From Azolla caroliniana (lineage: Eukaryota > Plantae > Polypodiophyta), in NCBI GenBank assembly GCA_043228905.1, contig JBHGNT010000021.1:6324001-6388000 (forward strand): a stretch of DNA of 64,000 bases, given 5' to 3'. Both the position numbers and the translations under genes were made by a program. The notes beneath the pieces were generated by a model that saw only the letters and a program-made list of their open reading frames with translations, was not told the DNA's origin and did not search any database. Shown one piece after another: positions 63,301 through 64,000 of the stretch (position 1 is the stretch's first letter; the number at the start of each line of letters is the position of its first letter).

Positions 63301-64000
63301 TCGGGGAGAGATATAGTTTTTGGGGATAGTCAGAGCAGGGGCTCTTGGCACCCAATCCGAGTGGTGGCACAGGTTGACAACATCTGGAAGACAGACTCGG
63401 ATGTTGCTAAGGTGGAACCCCATTGGAGGTTAAGGGTATATGGTTGTCGCCCCCTTGTCGATCTGGATTGGGACCCAGGGGATTTCAGATGGAAACATGA
63501 CGATAGACTCCATCACTTCTTCGATTACACCACTAAATTGGGTCGGACTTTGCAGCTGCAGCTAGGCAACCCCCTTCGCAATGGCTGGCGAACATTGGGC
63601 ATCCCCGATGAGACGCTCATTACCTTTTGGAAAGGTCTCTGGCGTCTCCACATGCCTGAAAAGATCAAGCTCTTTTGGTGGCAGATCGGTCATAATGTGT
63701 GCCCGTTGGCGAATGGCTAGATAAACGTGGCGGCCCGTTAGGCTGCCCACTGTGCTCTCGACCTATTGAGACTCTAAGACGTTGTCTGTGGGATTGCCCT
63801 CAAGCTCAAAAGATCTGGGATAGAGTGACTCGCCTCCTTGCGGCATGTGAAGTTGAAGGAACAACCTCGTGGAGCGCTGCGGCATGGATTGATCACTCGG
63901 TCGAAGGGTGGACAGACACCGTCAATGTGGATAGTTGGTGTTATGCATGCACGAAAGGCAAAATCGTCAAGATCTGCTTCGAAAGAGGCTTGCAGCCCGC
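60400..64000 (+). pseudogene. LINE ORF2 (partial APE endonuclease, RT, zf-RVT) with stops and frameshifts
   Basis: WVMAGDFN, RLDRIY, SDH, CPGPDG, WRPI, LDFEKAYD, RQGCPLAP, YAND (catalytic YADD mutated), KYLG, KGGLGL, CPLC...CLWDC. Confidence 0.9.

Larger units (their letters stand above)
58861..64000 (+). mobile_element. L1-clade LINE, decayed, running off the window end
   Basis: ORF1 followed by ORF2 with endonuclease, RT and zf-RVT domains; 5' boundary approximate. Confidence 0.9.

Overview
This is eukaryotic plant DNA with GT-AG introns; the TE families suggest a fern or other seed-free plant (inference). Bases 1-33 kb are a five-level TE nest. A Ty3 chromovirus contains a minus-strand Copia. 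That Copia holds a Ty3 element with an extra ~1000-aa ORF in its LTR, and a ~10.2-kb TIR DNA transposon in its RT. The transposon in turn contains a Copia, which contains a young intact Copia. The most interesting object is the DNA transposon (7876-28927; 29-bp TIRs, 4-bp TAAT TSD). It carries a Sola-like DDD transposase on the minus strand. Divergently, it carries a spliced cargo gene for a ParB/Srx-like domain fused to a prokaryotic-type beta-class N6-adenine/N4-cytosine DNA methyltransferase, with 12 palindromes in intron 1. This copy is decayed. The right half holds two apparently intact host genes (a URH2/NSH2-like nucleoside hydrolase and INTS9), degenerate Copia/Ty3/LINE remnants, an SSR cluster and a large L1-type LINE. 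All calls come from reading motifs by eye; no database searches were run.
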